A DNA stretch of 30,824 bases from Bdellovibrionota bacterium (GTDB lineage: Bacteria; Bdellovibrionota_C; UBA2361; OMII01). Each line of letters starts with the position of its first letter. Position 1 is the stretch's first letter. Both the position numbers and the translations under genes were made by a program. The stretch spans positions 1 through 30,824 of the forward strand of contig JBIKWQ010000040.1 of the NCBI GenBank assembly GCA_044356215.1, in the 5' to 3' direction. Shown here piece after piece: positions 10,249-18,793 of this stretch. Under the pieces are notes generated by a model. That model ran no database searches, was not told the origin of the DNA, and worked only from the letters and a program-made list of their open reading frames with translations.

Positions 10249-12354
10249 CTACGCCCTCGCGTTCCATACCCCTATCTGAGTCACAGGAAAGGCCGGATCA
10301 ATCTCCTCCAGCGTGGTCACGAACACTCGAAGCCCACTCATCCGAACGAAGGATATGACCTTCTCCTTTATCTCCCTACTGCACAGCAGGGCGACCGAGA
10401 GACTCCCCGACTGCAAGGTCGGTTTAACCACTTCATATAAACCCTGCAGCAGGGTGTCATATAAATCGGGGGCCATAGCCAAAGATGTTGTCCAGCGATC
10501 CGCTGAAGCCTCTTCAAAATTTCGCTCTACATCAGGTGATAGCGTCAGGACCGGCAATGCAACTCCAGAGGAGACGAATCTTCTCACTACTTGTCTTCTT
10601 CTCGAGGCCCTCACAAAATGAACCACTTCCGCCAAGTCTACCGGTGATTCAGAGCCTAGGGTGACCCCTGCGGAGGCACAATACGCGGCGACACACTCCA
10701 TAATTGAGCGAAAATCCCGAATACTCACCCCCTGCCTGACTAACTCTTGCAGAATCTCCGCCAATTTAGGGACGGAAACAAACTCCTTCCCGAATCCATC
10801 CGCGACAAGTCCAGGAAACTTCTTCTCAATCTGACGCAGTAATGAGTGAGTATAAGTGACCGACACTACATCCTCGGGATGCTCTTTAATTGATTGGGCG
10901 ATTCTGATGGCGATAAATCCCAGAAATTCATAACGCGGGATTCGCGCCGCGCTTAAAGACGCTAGAGTTACACCTGTTCTCGGGGTCCAAAAGAGTCGAT
11001 GACCAGAAGCCGGATGCTCCTCCTCTCTTAACACCTTTAATCCAAACACCCCAGCTTGGGAGCTCGACATCTCAACTAAAATCGCGTCTTCAGGAAGACT
11101 ACCAGATAGCATCTCAATCCCCATCGATCTGACCGAGTATGAATTGGGAGCTAATAGGTCGTCGGCTACAACTCTTAGGCCGGGGAGAGCTACACCTACA
11201 TCCTCAAAGAAGTCATCTCGAAAGGCGCGCCACTCGCTCGAGTATTCAGCCGCGCGGGAGCGATACACTTTGTACAAACTATTGCGATCAAGAGCTAGTA
11301 CTAAAGTACTATCCGGCCCTTCTCCATCCTGCCCCACGCCCATGGCATCGCCGCTCTCCACCGCGCTTTTGGACTCCATACTTAGAAGCGCGTTGGCGTC
11401 TCGACGGCTCCATAACCCAGCTAGAACCAGCCCAACCGCCGCGAGTAAAAACGGTATCATCGGCACTCCTGGCATTAGTGACATGACCGCCATAACCCCC
11501 GCAGTTACCATTAAAGTAACAGGGTGGGCGAATAGTTGAGCGCGTAGGTCCGCGCTTAAACTAGAACGCTCCGAGCTTGATACACGAGTCACTATAATAC
11601 CGGCGCATATCGCCGTGAGCAGACTAGGGATCTGAGTTACGAGACCATCTCCAACAGTTAGAACCGTATACGTCTGGAGGGCTTCCGTAATTCCCATTCC
11701 TGACGCCAATCCCATGTATATTCCGCCAAAAATGTTGGTGAGTATTATCAATATTCCAGCTATGGCATCTCCTCGCACAAACTTCATCGCTCCATCCATC
11801 GAGCCGTAGAGCTGCGATTCGCGCCTTAGTTCATCTCTCTTGCGACTAGCCTCATCCGCTGATATCACCCCTGTGCGTGCATCGGAGTCGATCATTAGCT
11901 GCCTTCCGGGCAACGCGTCCAAAGCGAATCTCGCCGCGACCTCAGAGACACGGGCGGCGCCGTTTGAGATAACGATAAAGTTCACTACTGTCACTATCGC
12001 GAATATGATAAGCCCAACTACTAACTCCCCGCGGATCAGGAATGTGCCGAAGGCCTCAATAACCCGACCGGCCTCTCCCTGACTAAGTATCAACCGCGAA
12101 GACGCCACGTTTAGGCCGAGCCTAAAGAGAGTGCTCAACAGAAGTATCGTCGGAAAGGTAAACAAAGCTGTGGAGCTTCCCACGTATAAGCCAACCAGAA
12201 GCAGCAGAACAGAAAACGCCAAATTCATCACTAACAACCCGTCTAGCACAGGTGTCGGAAGAGGAATAATTAGCATCGCCGCGATGGCTATGACTAGAAA
12301 CATCAGAACAAAGTCAGCGGCCCGTATTCTAAATGTCATCTCTGCTTTCCCCAA
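10249..12354 (-). CDS. FHIPEP-family type III export gate protein (SctV/FlhA)
   Basis: FPTILLLSTLFRLGLNVASSRLIL, RVSEVAARFALDALPGRQ, YGSMDGAMKFVRGDAIAG, TVGDGLVTQIP, and cytoplasmic LQELVRQGVSIRDFRSI. Alternative ATG at 12339. Confidence 0.93.
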   Translation of the reverse strand: MGKAEMTFRIRAADFVLMFLVIAIAAMLIIPLPTPVLDGLLVMNLAFSVLLLLVGLYVGSSTALFTFPTILLLSTLFRLGLNVASSRLILSQGEAGRVIEAFGTFLIRGELVVGLIIFAIVTVVNFIVISNGAARVSEVAARFALDALPGRQLMIDSDARTGVISADEASRKRDELRRESQLYGSMDGAMKFVRGDAIAGILIILTNIFGGIYMGLASGMGITEALQTYTVLTVGDGLVTQIPSLLTAICAGIIVTRVSSSERSSLSADLRAQLFAHPVTLMVTAGVMAVMSLMPGVPMIPFLLAAVGLVLAGLWSRRDANALLSMESKSAVESGDAMGVGQDGEGPDSTLVLALDRNSLYKVYRSRAAEYSSEWRAFRDDFFEDVGVALPGLRVVADDLLAPNSYSVRSMGIEMLSGSLPEDAILVEMSSSQAGVFGLKVLREEEHPASGHRLFWTPRTGVTLASLSAARIPRYEFLGFIAIRIAQSIKEHPEDVVSVTYTHSLLRQIEKKFPGLVADGFGKEFVSVPKLAEILQELVRQGVSIRDFRSIMECVAAYCASAGVTLGSESPVDLAEVVHFVRASRRRQVVRRFVSSGVALPVLTLSPDVERNFEEASADRWTTSLAMAPDLYDTLLQGLYEVVKPTLQSGSLSVALLCSREIKEKVISFVRMSGLRVFVTTLEEIDPAFPVTQIGVWNARA

Positions 12355-12369
12355 ATCTAACTAAGTCAA

Positions 12370-13290
12370 TTAATCGATCCCTGTCTTCACTTGGCCCGCT
12401 ATACCTAAACCCAACAGCAGCATGTAAGCTAAAAAGATCATCGCAACCGGTCCCGACGCTTTTACTTCCATTTTTCTTATATCAGACTCTATCTTGCTCT
12501 CGCGTTGGCTAGTGACGGCGTCAGCCAGCTCTTGGAGCTGCTTCGATACCTCACCTCCAAATTTGGCTACCTGCGATAAAGCCAGTAAGGCGTGCTTAAA
12601 TTCCGGCTGTCCGGATGTTCGCCCTATTTCGACTAGGGCTTGCTCTAGATTTACGCCAGACTTCACATACGAAAGCGCGTGCTTCAATAGACGGGTTGCC
12701 GCGTTGTGGCAGTTACGATCGTCGGCCATCTCAATTAACTGCGATATACAGGGGCCTATGTCTAGTGAGCTACTCACCCCGATCGATATCTGCTCAATCA
12801 GAAGCGGCAGGTAATATGATAGCTCTTCGTGCTGCTTTTTCACCCAGCCACGAAGAATCATCATTGGCAAATACAGTCCAGCGAGTACGCCGACCGCTAC
12901 GATCATCAATGCTGTATTTACATCACCAGAGATCAGTCCAAGTATTCCACCACCGAATCCAAACACTAGCGGCGCGAGCTTCCTACGACGATGAAAATCC
13001 TCACGCTCCGCCGTCGACACTCGTCCAGCCATTATTAGGAGTTCTTCTACGGTTGGCTCTTTGGACGCCTTCTTCTTTTTCTTGCTACCAGTATCTTGTT
13101 CATCATCGCTCTGATAGTCCTCGTCCTCGTCTGCACCCTCTGACTCATCCAGATAGCGCCCTATTTCTCTTAGGTTTCTCGCTCTTTTTATGCCACTTCG
13201 CGAAGAGCTCCGAAACTTAAACCATAGAAGCAGTATTACTCCCAAGAAGATGGCGGTAACAATCATCATCTGATTAGTACTAGGTTCCAT
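12370..13290 (-). CDS. tadC: Tad pilus inner-membrane platform protein TadC (T2SS F family)
   Basis: Three hydrophobic regions and T2SSF-type LEQALVEIG..LSQVAKFGGEVSKQLQELA; follows tadB. Confidence 0.85.
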   Translation of the reverse strand: MEPSTNQMMIVTAIFLGVILLLWFKFRSSSRSGIKRARNLREIGRYLDESEGADEDEDYQSDDEQDTGSKKKKKASKEPTVEELLIMAGRVSTAEREDFHRRRKLAPLVFGFGGGILGLISGDVNTALMIVAVGVLAGLYLPMMILRGWVKKQHEELSYYLPLLIEQISIGVSSSLDIGPCISQLIEMADDRNCHNAATRLLKHALSYVKSGVNLEQALVEIGRTSGQPEFKHALLALSQVAKFGGEVSKQLQELADAVTSQRESKIESDIRKMEVKASGPVAMIFLAYMLLLGLGIAGQVKTGID

Positions 13291-13294
13291 ACTC

Positions 13295-14299
13295 CTACAC
13301 CTTTATATTTGTTACCTTCTTCATAGCTAAAACCGCGACAAAAACAAGGACTATTGAGCACTGAGCGTAACCCGCTAAATCGGGATGCGTCCACGCCCCT
13401 ACCACCATTTTAGGAGCTATGAAATACATGTAGGTTTGAACAGCCATAACTATTCCAATGATTACCCAGATGGACCCGCTCTGCTGGGCGACAGCCGCGC
13501 TCGCTGCGCGCTTGAAAGTCTGTCTCTTCCTGACCTGTTTCGCTAATCTGTCCAGCGTATCCGAAAGAGTTCCTCCAAGACGTCTACTTAGAATGAGGGC
13601 TTGAACAAATAGCTCGATCTCCGGCTGATAAACGCTCTCTCCGAACGCGCCGATCGAGCTATCCTCGGGGACTCCCATCCTGACTCTCTCAAGCATCAAC
13701 TCTATCTCGTGCCTTACAAGGGAATCCTCATCTAAACCCTCTGACGCTGCCTGCAGTGACTGAACGGTATTTAATCCCGTTTTCAACATTCCTACAGTGG
13801 CCAGTAGGAACTGAGCGAAATCAGCATCAAACTTAGCTGAGCGCTTGCGCATTCGCCTATTAATCCATCCGTTTACAAGCAGCGGCCCCATCAGAATCGC
13901 GAAGATCTGGAGAACAAGTCGGAGATATACATATGCTATAGCGAACAATATTAAACTCACGAGAATCTGCAGCAAGCTCACGACAAATGGTGGCATCCAA
14001 GCTAAATTGGCGTATTTAAGTCTCGCTTGCAGATTTAATTCTTGGCTTCCTCCGCCATCTTCTTCCTCTGGATCCGCTTCCTCTAGTTCTTCATCACTGT
14101 CGGTATCAGACTGTCCTGACTCCGGCTCATCGTCGTCTCCGCTAACCCGCACACGATATTGCTCCAATCCACCTCTTAGCCCAGACCTATGACTCCGAAC
14201 TCCATCTTTAGAGCTCTTGAGCATGCGCCAAACAATCACCGCCGCTATCAGAACGATCGCTACTCCGACAGAGACAAGTACGAGTGGTTGAGTTCTCAT
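13295..14299 (-). CDS. tadB: Tad pilus inner-membrane platform protein TadB
   Basis: FDADFAQFL..LKTGLN, ILSRRLGGTLSDTLDRLAKQVRKR; follows tadA. ATG at 14299 preferred over the GTG at 14323, which overlaps tadA. Confidence 0.85.
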   Translation of the reverse strand: MRTQPLVLVSVGVAIVLIAAVIVWRMLKSSKDGVRSHRSGLRGGLEQYRVRVSGDDDEPESGQSDTDSDEELEEADPEEEDGGGSQELNLQARLKYANLAWMPPFVVSLLQILVSLILFAIAYVYLRLVLQIFAILMGPLLVNGWINRRMRKRSAKFDADFAQFLLATVGMLKTGLNTVQSLQAASEGLDEDSLVRHEIELMLERVRMGVPEDSSIGAFGESVYQPEIELFVQALILSRRLGGTLSDTLDRLAKQVRKRQTFKRAASAAVAQQSGSIWVIIGIVMAVQTYMYFIAPKMVVGAWTHPDLAGYAQCSIVLVFVAVLAMKKVTNIKV

Positions 14300-14309
14300 A
14301 ACTGGGTAA

Positions 14310-15797
14310 TTATTTCTTCCCACCCTCTAGCTCAGGAAAAGTGATCTCCGATGGAGACTCCTCTAGCTTAACGCCATCTTTTTTAAGCTGCTCAGAGAAA
14401 TTACTATCAAATGAATCGACGCGCCAAATCGGCTTTACACCCTGCTTGATCTGCGTAAACATCGGGCGAACCTGAATCTGACCCTCTACGTAGTGTCCAA
14501 CTTCAATGACTTCCGCTACTCTAGGCCTTCCTGTACCTTTCTCACGAATTAACCAAACAACGGAATCAACGGCGAGAGCAATCTGCTGACGGATAATCTC
14601 CACTGATACTGATTTCTGAGCTCGACCAAGAAGGCTTTCAAGACGAACTAGAGTCTCTCGCGCGTTTCTGGCGTGCACAGTTGACATACCAACGTGCCCC
14701 GTCTGAGCGCTCTCAAGAAACGCCTCCGCCGAGAATGGACTACGCATCTCTCCCAGAAGCACTCTAGTTGGGGTCATTCGAAGCGTAGTTTTTATATGCT
14801 CCTGAAGGGTAACCTCTCCAACTCCCTCAGAGTTAGGAGGTCTTGATACCAAAGATCTGAAATACGGGTGCTGAAAATTAAGTTCCGGAGTGTCTTCTAC
14901 CGCGACGATCGACTCATCAGGCCCAAATTGCGTCGCCAAACATTTAATCAATGTTGTCTTTCCGGTTCCTGTCTCTCCGGCCACCATCATTGTAGCTAGT
15001 CCACTACGAATAAGACTCGCTAAGTAGTCCACAACTAAGGGGGGCGCCACCTGAAATTTTACCAGATTTTCCAGCGCCACTTCTGATATTCGCGGCACAC
15101 GGATACAGAGAAGCGGACCCCGTTGACCACAAACACTCTCGTGCACAGCGCAGAGCCTTATTCCATTTGAGAAGGACGCGTCGACCGTATGCTGCTGCGT
15201 AGTAAGAGACTTGCCCAACCGGAGTAAAAGACGATCTATGAAAGTCGTGTAGGCTTGGTGCGATGGCCACGACAGACCTGTAGTCTCACTAACTTTTCCT
15301 CTTTGGAGTACGACTGTCTTGTAGTCGTACACGTGGATATCAGTAACTTCTCTATTTTCAATCAGCGGCTGTAATACTCCCCATCCAATCAGATCCTTCT
15401 GAAGAGTTATAATCAGATTGGCTCGCTCAATATCATCAAGGCTAGTTGACTTCTTCTTTAGAACCTTATCTACAGCCTGACTTATCACCGCCTCGGCTTT
15501 ACCGGGGATTACCAGCTGTTGCTGCATCAAGCTGTCGCTTCCGATCTCCCTCCGAGCTTCCTGCATTGCCGCCACAGCAGCGGCAGATAGTGCCACGGTC
15601 TTGGCCACCTGCCTCTGCTGCTTGGGCTGAGGATTGGGCTTAGGCGCTTCTGCCTCTGTCGATGACAACGCTTGAGATGGCCGTGGATTTGATGTTGACC
15701 CAGGCGCGCCTGAAGCTCCCGCGCGCTGCGCGCGTGTCGAGAACATCCCCTTTAAAGCTACCGTATCGCTACGCTCTCTTTCCTTCATAGACCCCAC
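14310..15797 (-). CDS. cpaF: Tad pilus motor ATPase TadA/CpaF
   Basis: GWGVLQPLI..VTDI, Walker A AGETGTGKTT, Asp box VEDTPEL, Walker B RVLLGEMR, His box TGHVGMSTVHA. Alternative ATG at 15788. Confidence 0.93.
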   Translation of the reverse strand: MGSMKERERSDTVALKGMFSTRAQRAGASGAPGSTSNPRPSQALSSTEAEAPKPNPQPKQQRQVAKTVALSAAAVAAMQEARREIGSDSLMQQQLVIPGKAEAVISQAVDKVLKKKSTSLDDIERANLIITLQKDLIGWGVLQPLIENREVTDIHVYDYKTVVLQRGKVSETTGLSWPSHQAYTTFIDRLLLRLGKSLTTQQHTVDASFSNGIRLCAVHESVCGQRGPLLCIRVPRISEVALENLVKFQVAPPLVVDYLASLIRSGLATMMVAGETGTGKTTLIKCLATQFGPDESIVAVEDTPELNFQHPYFRSLVSRPPNSEGVGEVTLQEHIKTTLRMTPTRVLLGEMRSPFSAEAFLESAQTGHVGMSTVHARNARETLVRLESLLGRAQKSVSVEIIRQQIALAVDSVVWLIREKGTGRPRVAEVIEVGHYVEGQIQVRPMFTQIKQGVKPIWRVDSFDSNFSEQLKKDGVKLEESPSEITFPELEGGKK

Positions 15798-15963
15798 CCA
15801 TAAAACCTACACATATCAGGTCTAGATATTACGATTCATTTTAGCCGCTTAGCGGAGCAGCTCCTTTTAGGCTTGAAGGGGAGATCGGCTTTTTAGTCAA
15901 AAAAGATGAGTAAAATGAGGCCAAATAAGGTCTGCAATAATCAGAACGGCGTATCTACACGGA

Positions 15964-16833
15964 CTACCCCGGTATCAGCTGGCTCCCTATCACCCTGTAC
16001 TTTCTGCCATCGATGATAACCCAGCCGTGATCTGGTTCTCCTCCTTTTGACCCCTCATTAGGAGGAACTATTATACCTTCTACTGAAACCTGTGTCCGAT
16101 CCTGAAGCTCTCCCGCATCCTCATCACCACGGAGCAAGAGACGTAGCTCGCCTTTTCCAGAAGCCAACTTTAGCCGCTTCTGATCCTCGGTTGAGACCTC
16201 CAAAGTTACTGTCGACTCGCCATTCATTATGGTCTTAGACTCTCCGCCGAACTCCGAAGAGACACTAGTGCCGCTAGATAGCACCTTTAGATTCTGGGCT
16301 ATTATAGTGGCCTGCGTTGTGTTTCCACTTTTAGCCACAAGAACCACATCGACTCTGACACCTGCCCTAGCCCATCCTTCATTGGTTGTTTGTCGATCCA
16401 GACGGATTGTAATAGCTCGGTAACCTAATCTGATCTGCGGAACAACGCTATTAACCGGGGCTCTGAAAGTTAAATGCTCTGACAGTAAGGGCTGGCCCGC
16501 GGCTATAAAGGTCTTGGCGTATACACCTGTCAATTGATCAAATCCACCAACAACCCCAGCGGATATGAAATCAGCCGCCGGCTTACTTTCTTTGCGGAAT
16601 AATTCGGGCTTTAACTCACTACCCTCATCTATATTTTTTATGGATATCAGAACGTCAACCGACGAGGGAGCGACAGGAGATAGTGGCTGCGGCGCAATCG
16701 GCTGACTTGTGGGGGATTCTTTTGGGGCCGATACCAAAAAGAAAACCGCGGCAACTCCCACGGCCAGAGCCGCTACTGTCAAAACAATCGGCTTTGATAC
16801 AGCGGCTTTCCCCGTGCCCCTGTTTTTTTTCAC
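15964..16833 (-). CDS. cpaB: Flp pilus assembly protein CpaB/RcpC
   Basis: N-terminal TM anchor, SAF domain, GYRAITI..GWARAGVRVDVV, IAQNLKVL, VTLEVS..LKLA..GELRLLLR. Confidence 0.9.
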   Translation of the reverse strand: MKKNRGTGKAAVSKPIVLTVAALAVGVAAVFFLVSAPKESPTSQPIAPQPLSPVAPSSVDVLISIKNIDEGSELKPELFRKESKPAADFISAGVVGGFDQLTGVYAKTFIAAGQPLLSEHLTFRAPVNSVVPQIRLGYRAITIRLDRQTTNEGWARAGVRVDVVLVAKSGNTTQATIIAQNLKVLSSGTSVSSEFGGESKTIMNGESTVTLEVSTEDQKRLKLASGKGELRLLLRGDEDAGELQDRTQVSVEGIIVPPNEGSKGGEPDHGWVIIDGRKYRVIGSQLIPG

Positions 16834-16916
16834 CTTACATCCCCTTCAAGCTGCCTACTATGCGAGCTATTATTGCCGACTCGCTTTGCTTTATGCCCAC
16901 ACTTCAGGCCTAAAGC

Positions 16917-16942
16917 CAGGCGGGGCTAAAAAGCCCCGCCTG
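16917..16942 (-). terminator. Strong stem-loop downstream of flp (partial terminator or mRNA stabiliser)
   Basis: CAGGCGGGGCT-AAAA-AGCCCCGCCTG, a perfect 11-bp GC-rich stem about 30 nt after the flp stop, with only a weak U-tract on the minus strand. Confidence 0.7.
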
Positions 16943-16973
16943 ATGAAACTAACATTAAGACAAAAACCTAATG

Positions 16974-17165
16974 TTAATTAGTACTAATCTGGCTAGCAGC
17001 CTTACTCATCTCTGTACTCACGTTACTTCCAAGTACACGCACTCCAGCGATTACCACTACAGCTAGAAGCGCTACAAGGATCGCGTACTCCACCATCGAA
17101 GCTCCGCGCTCGTTCTTGCTATCACGCTTCTCATTATTGATCTGGCTCTCATTTACACTATTCAT
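16974..17165 (-). CDS. flp: Flp family (Tad) major pilin
   Basis: Class III signal NERG/ASMVEY followed by hydrophobic AILVALLAVVVIAGV; ATG at 17165 after a GGAG RBS. Confidence 0.93.
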   Translation of the reverse strand: MNSVNESQINNEKRDSKNERGASMVEYAILVALLAVVVIAGVRVLGSNVSTEMSKAASQISTN

Positions 17166-17545
17166 AATTTCTCCATTCAGTAACAATTAGTCCGCGCCTT
17201 TTTATCAGCACGAAATTTCTTATCTCTGTAGAACAAAGATGCGAATTACCTCGATTTGGACGCACCTAAAATCCACAGATTTTTCTAAGATGAGGCAAAC
17301 AGCGTTGGACTGCGACTCACCTTGGGGTCAGAATGTCCTATCGGTAGGAGTTTGGAAATATATTAATATTTATACAGTGTTTTATTGATAATTTTTTCTG
17401 CGTTCACCTTTTTGCGGTCTGCGCCTAGTGGAAACACAGAACTGAATGCGGATTACTGTTAATGTAACTACTCAGCCAATTACGCCGCGATGGCGTTAGG
17501 CCCTATCAAGGCGCGCTTTTGCGGAGCAAGGCGGGCTGGAGATAA

Positions 17546-18793
17546 TCACCGTCTAAGAATTCGTCGCAACAAGCCGCGCCTCTCCTGCTTATCGCTTTCC
17601 TCTCCTTCTACCACCCCCGCTCCCGAACTATCCACGGGCAACAACCCTAGCGAAGCAGCTATCTCCTTAAAAACCCTATTGAGCTCTTCGTTACCGGCGC
17701 TAAAGAGGGTATTTCCACTTCCTGGCCAGGAAGAGACCTCTGGGTCAAAAGGAACCGCCGGCAAACTCCAACACATATCACTCAGCTCGTGAGTTGAATC
17801 AAGGTCACCCGCTATCTGTTTAAGGTCTATCTTCCGATCAGATAACGCCCTTATCAGAAATCTAATCCGATCCGTTCCACCTATCAAAGGCTTTACCGAG
17901 GACAACAATAAGTCCATCGCAGTTAATCCCAACTCAGAGTCATCACTGGCCACCAAAACTAGATCGGCATTTCGTAGAATTCCACCGACCGCTGGTCCCA
18001 TCCTACCAGCAGTGTCGACTATAACAACATCAAACATAACCTTGGCCAGCTCGATGATCCGCTGCGATATCTCCATACCATCCGCATGACATACGAGATC
18101 CATCGACTCGGCGAATCTATCAGGCGCCGTTAGTACCGATACATCACCCGCGATCGGAATCAGCGCGTCTCTGAATGTCTCGCGAGATATATCCCTACTC
18201 CCATTGACCCAACCGCTTACTACTTTAGCTTCCGGCCCAGCGGCCGCGAGACATCGACTCAGATCTTTAGTTTCAACGTCGAGATCCCAGAGTAGCGTGC
18301 GGCGCTCGTTGACACTACACACTTCGCCTATAGCGGCCGCCGCCGAAGTAGCGCCGACTCCTCCCTTTCCATGAATGATCACCACCACTCGTCCATCGAC
18401 AGATCGGCCCTCTTTGCGAAAATCGGTGCTGATAGCCACCAACTCCTGCAACAGATCCAATGAGCTAGATCCATCAGGAAAAACTTTTCGTACTCCTACT
18501 GAGTGCGCGGATCGAAACGCTCCGCCTCCATACTCCTCGTCGCTTACAAACATGACGATCTGTAGCCATGAGGCCTGCGTTCTCGCTTGCCTCGCTATCG
18601 ATACCGCCTCACCGGAGAGCCCGGAACCAATGATTAGAACATCCGCCTCTCCTACCCGATCCAACACCTCTCTCTCAGAAACGAGACGCACTTTGAGATC
18701 AAGCATCTCCTTGTCGCTTTTCGAGAAAGACTCCACCTTCCTGGCGCAGAAAGCCTGTGTCTCAGTTGTCCGATCTACTATCAGAACCTTCAT
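17546..18793 (-). CDS. cpaE: CpaE/TadZ-like protein (atypical receiver domain plus MinD/ParA-like ATPase)
   Basis: MKVLIVD..ADVLIIG receiver-like N-terminus, deviant Walker A GKGGVGATS, LLWDLD, FDVVIVDT. Confidence 0.85.
   Translation of the reverse strand: MKVLIVDRTTETQAFCARKVESFSKSDKEMLDLKVRLVSEREVLDRVGEADVLIIGSGLSGEAVSIARQARTQASWLQIVMFVSDEEYGGGAFRSAHSVGVRKVFPDGSSSLDLLQELVAISTDFRKEGRSVDGRVVVIIHGKGGVGATSAAAAIGEVCSVNERRTLLWDLDVETKDLSRCLAAAGPEAKVVSGWVNGSRDISRETFRDALIPIAGDVSVLTAPDRFAESMDLVCHADGMEISQRIIELAKVMFDVVIVDTAGRMGPAVGGILRNADLVLVASDDSELGLTAMDLLLSSVKPLIGGTDRIRFLIRALSDRKIDLKQIAGDLDSTHELSDMCWSLPAVPFDPEVSSWPGSGNTLFSAGNEELNRVFKEIAASLGLLPVDSSGAGVVEGEESDKQERRGLLRRILRR

Noticed and set aside
10249..12354. 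Assigning the gene symbol flhA or calling a complete T3SS
   Set aside because: Motifs are mixed and lean towards SctV, and no other export-apparatus genes are in the window, so neither label is supported without a phylogeny.
4872..17502. Shared 13-mer ATGGCGTTAGGCC in two intergenic regions (4872-4884 and 17490-17502)
   Set aside because: Only two copies and a few 13-mer matches are expected by chance in 31 kb; no symmetry or further support.
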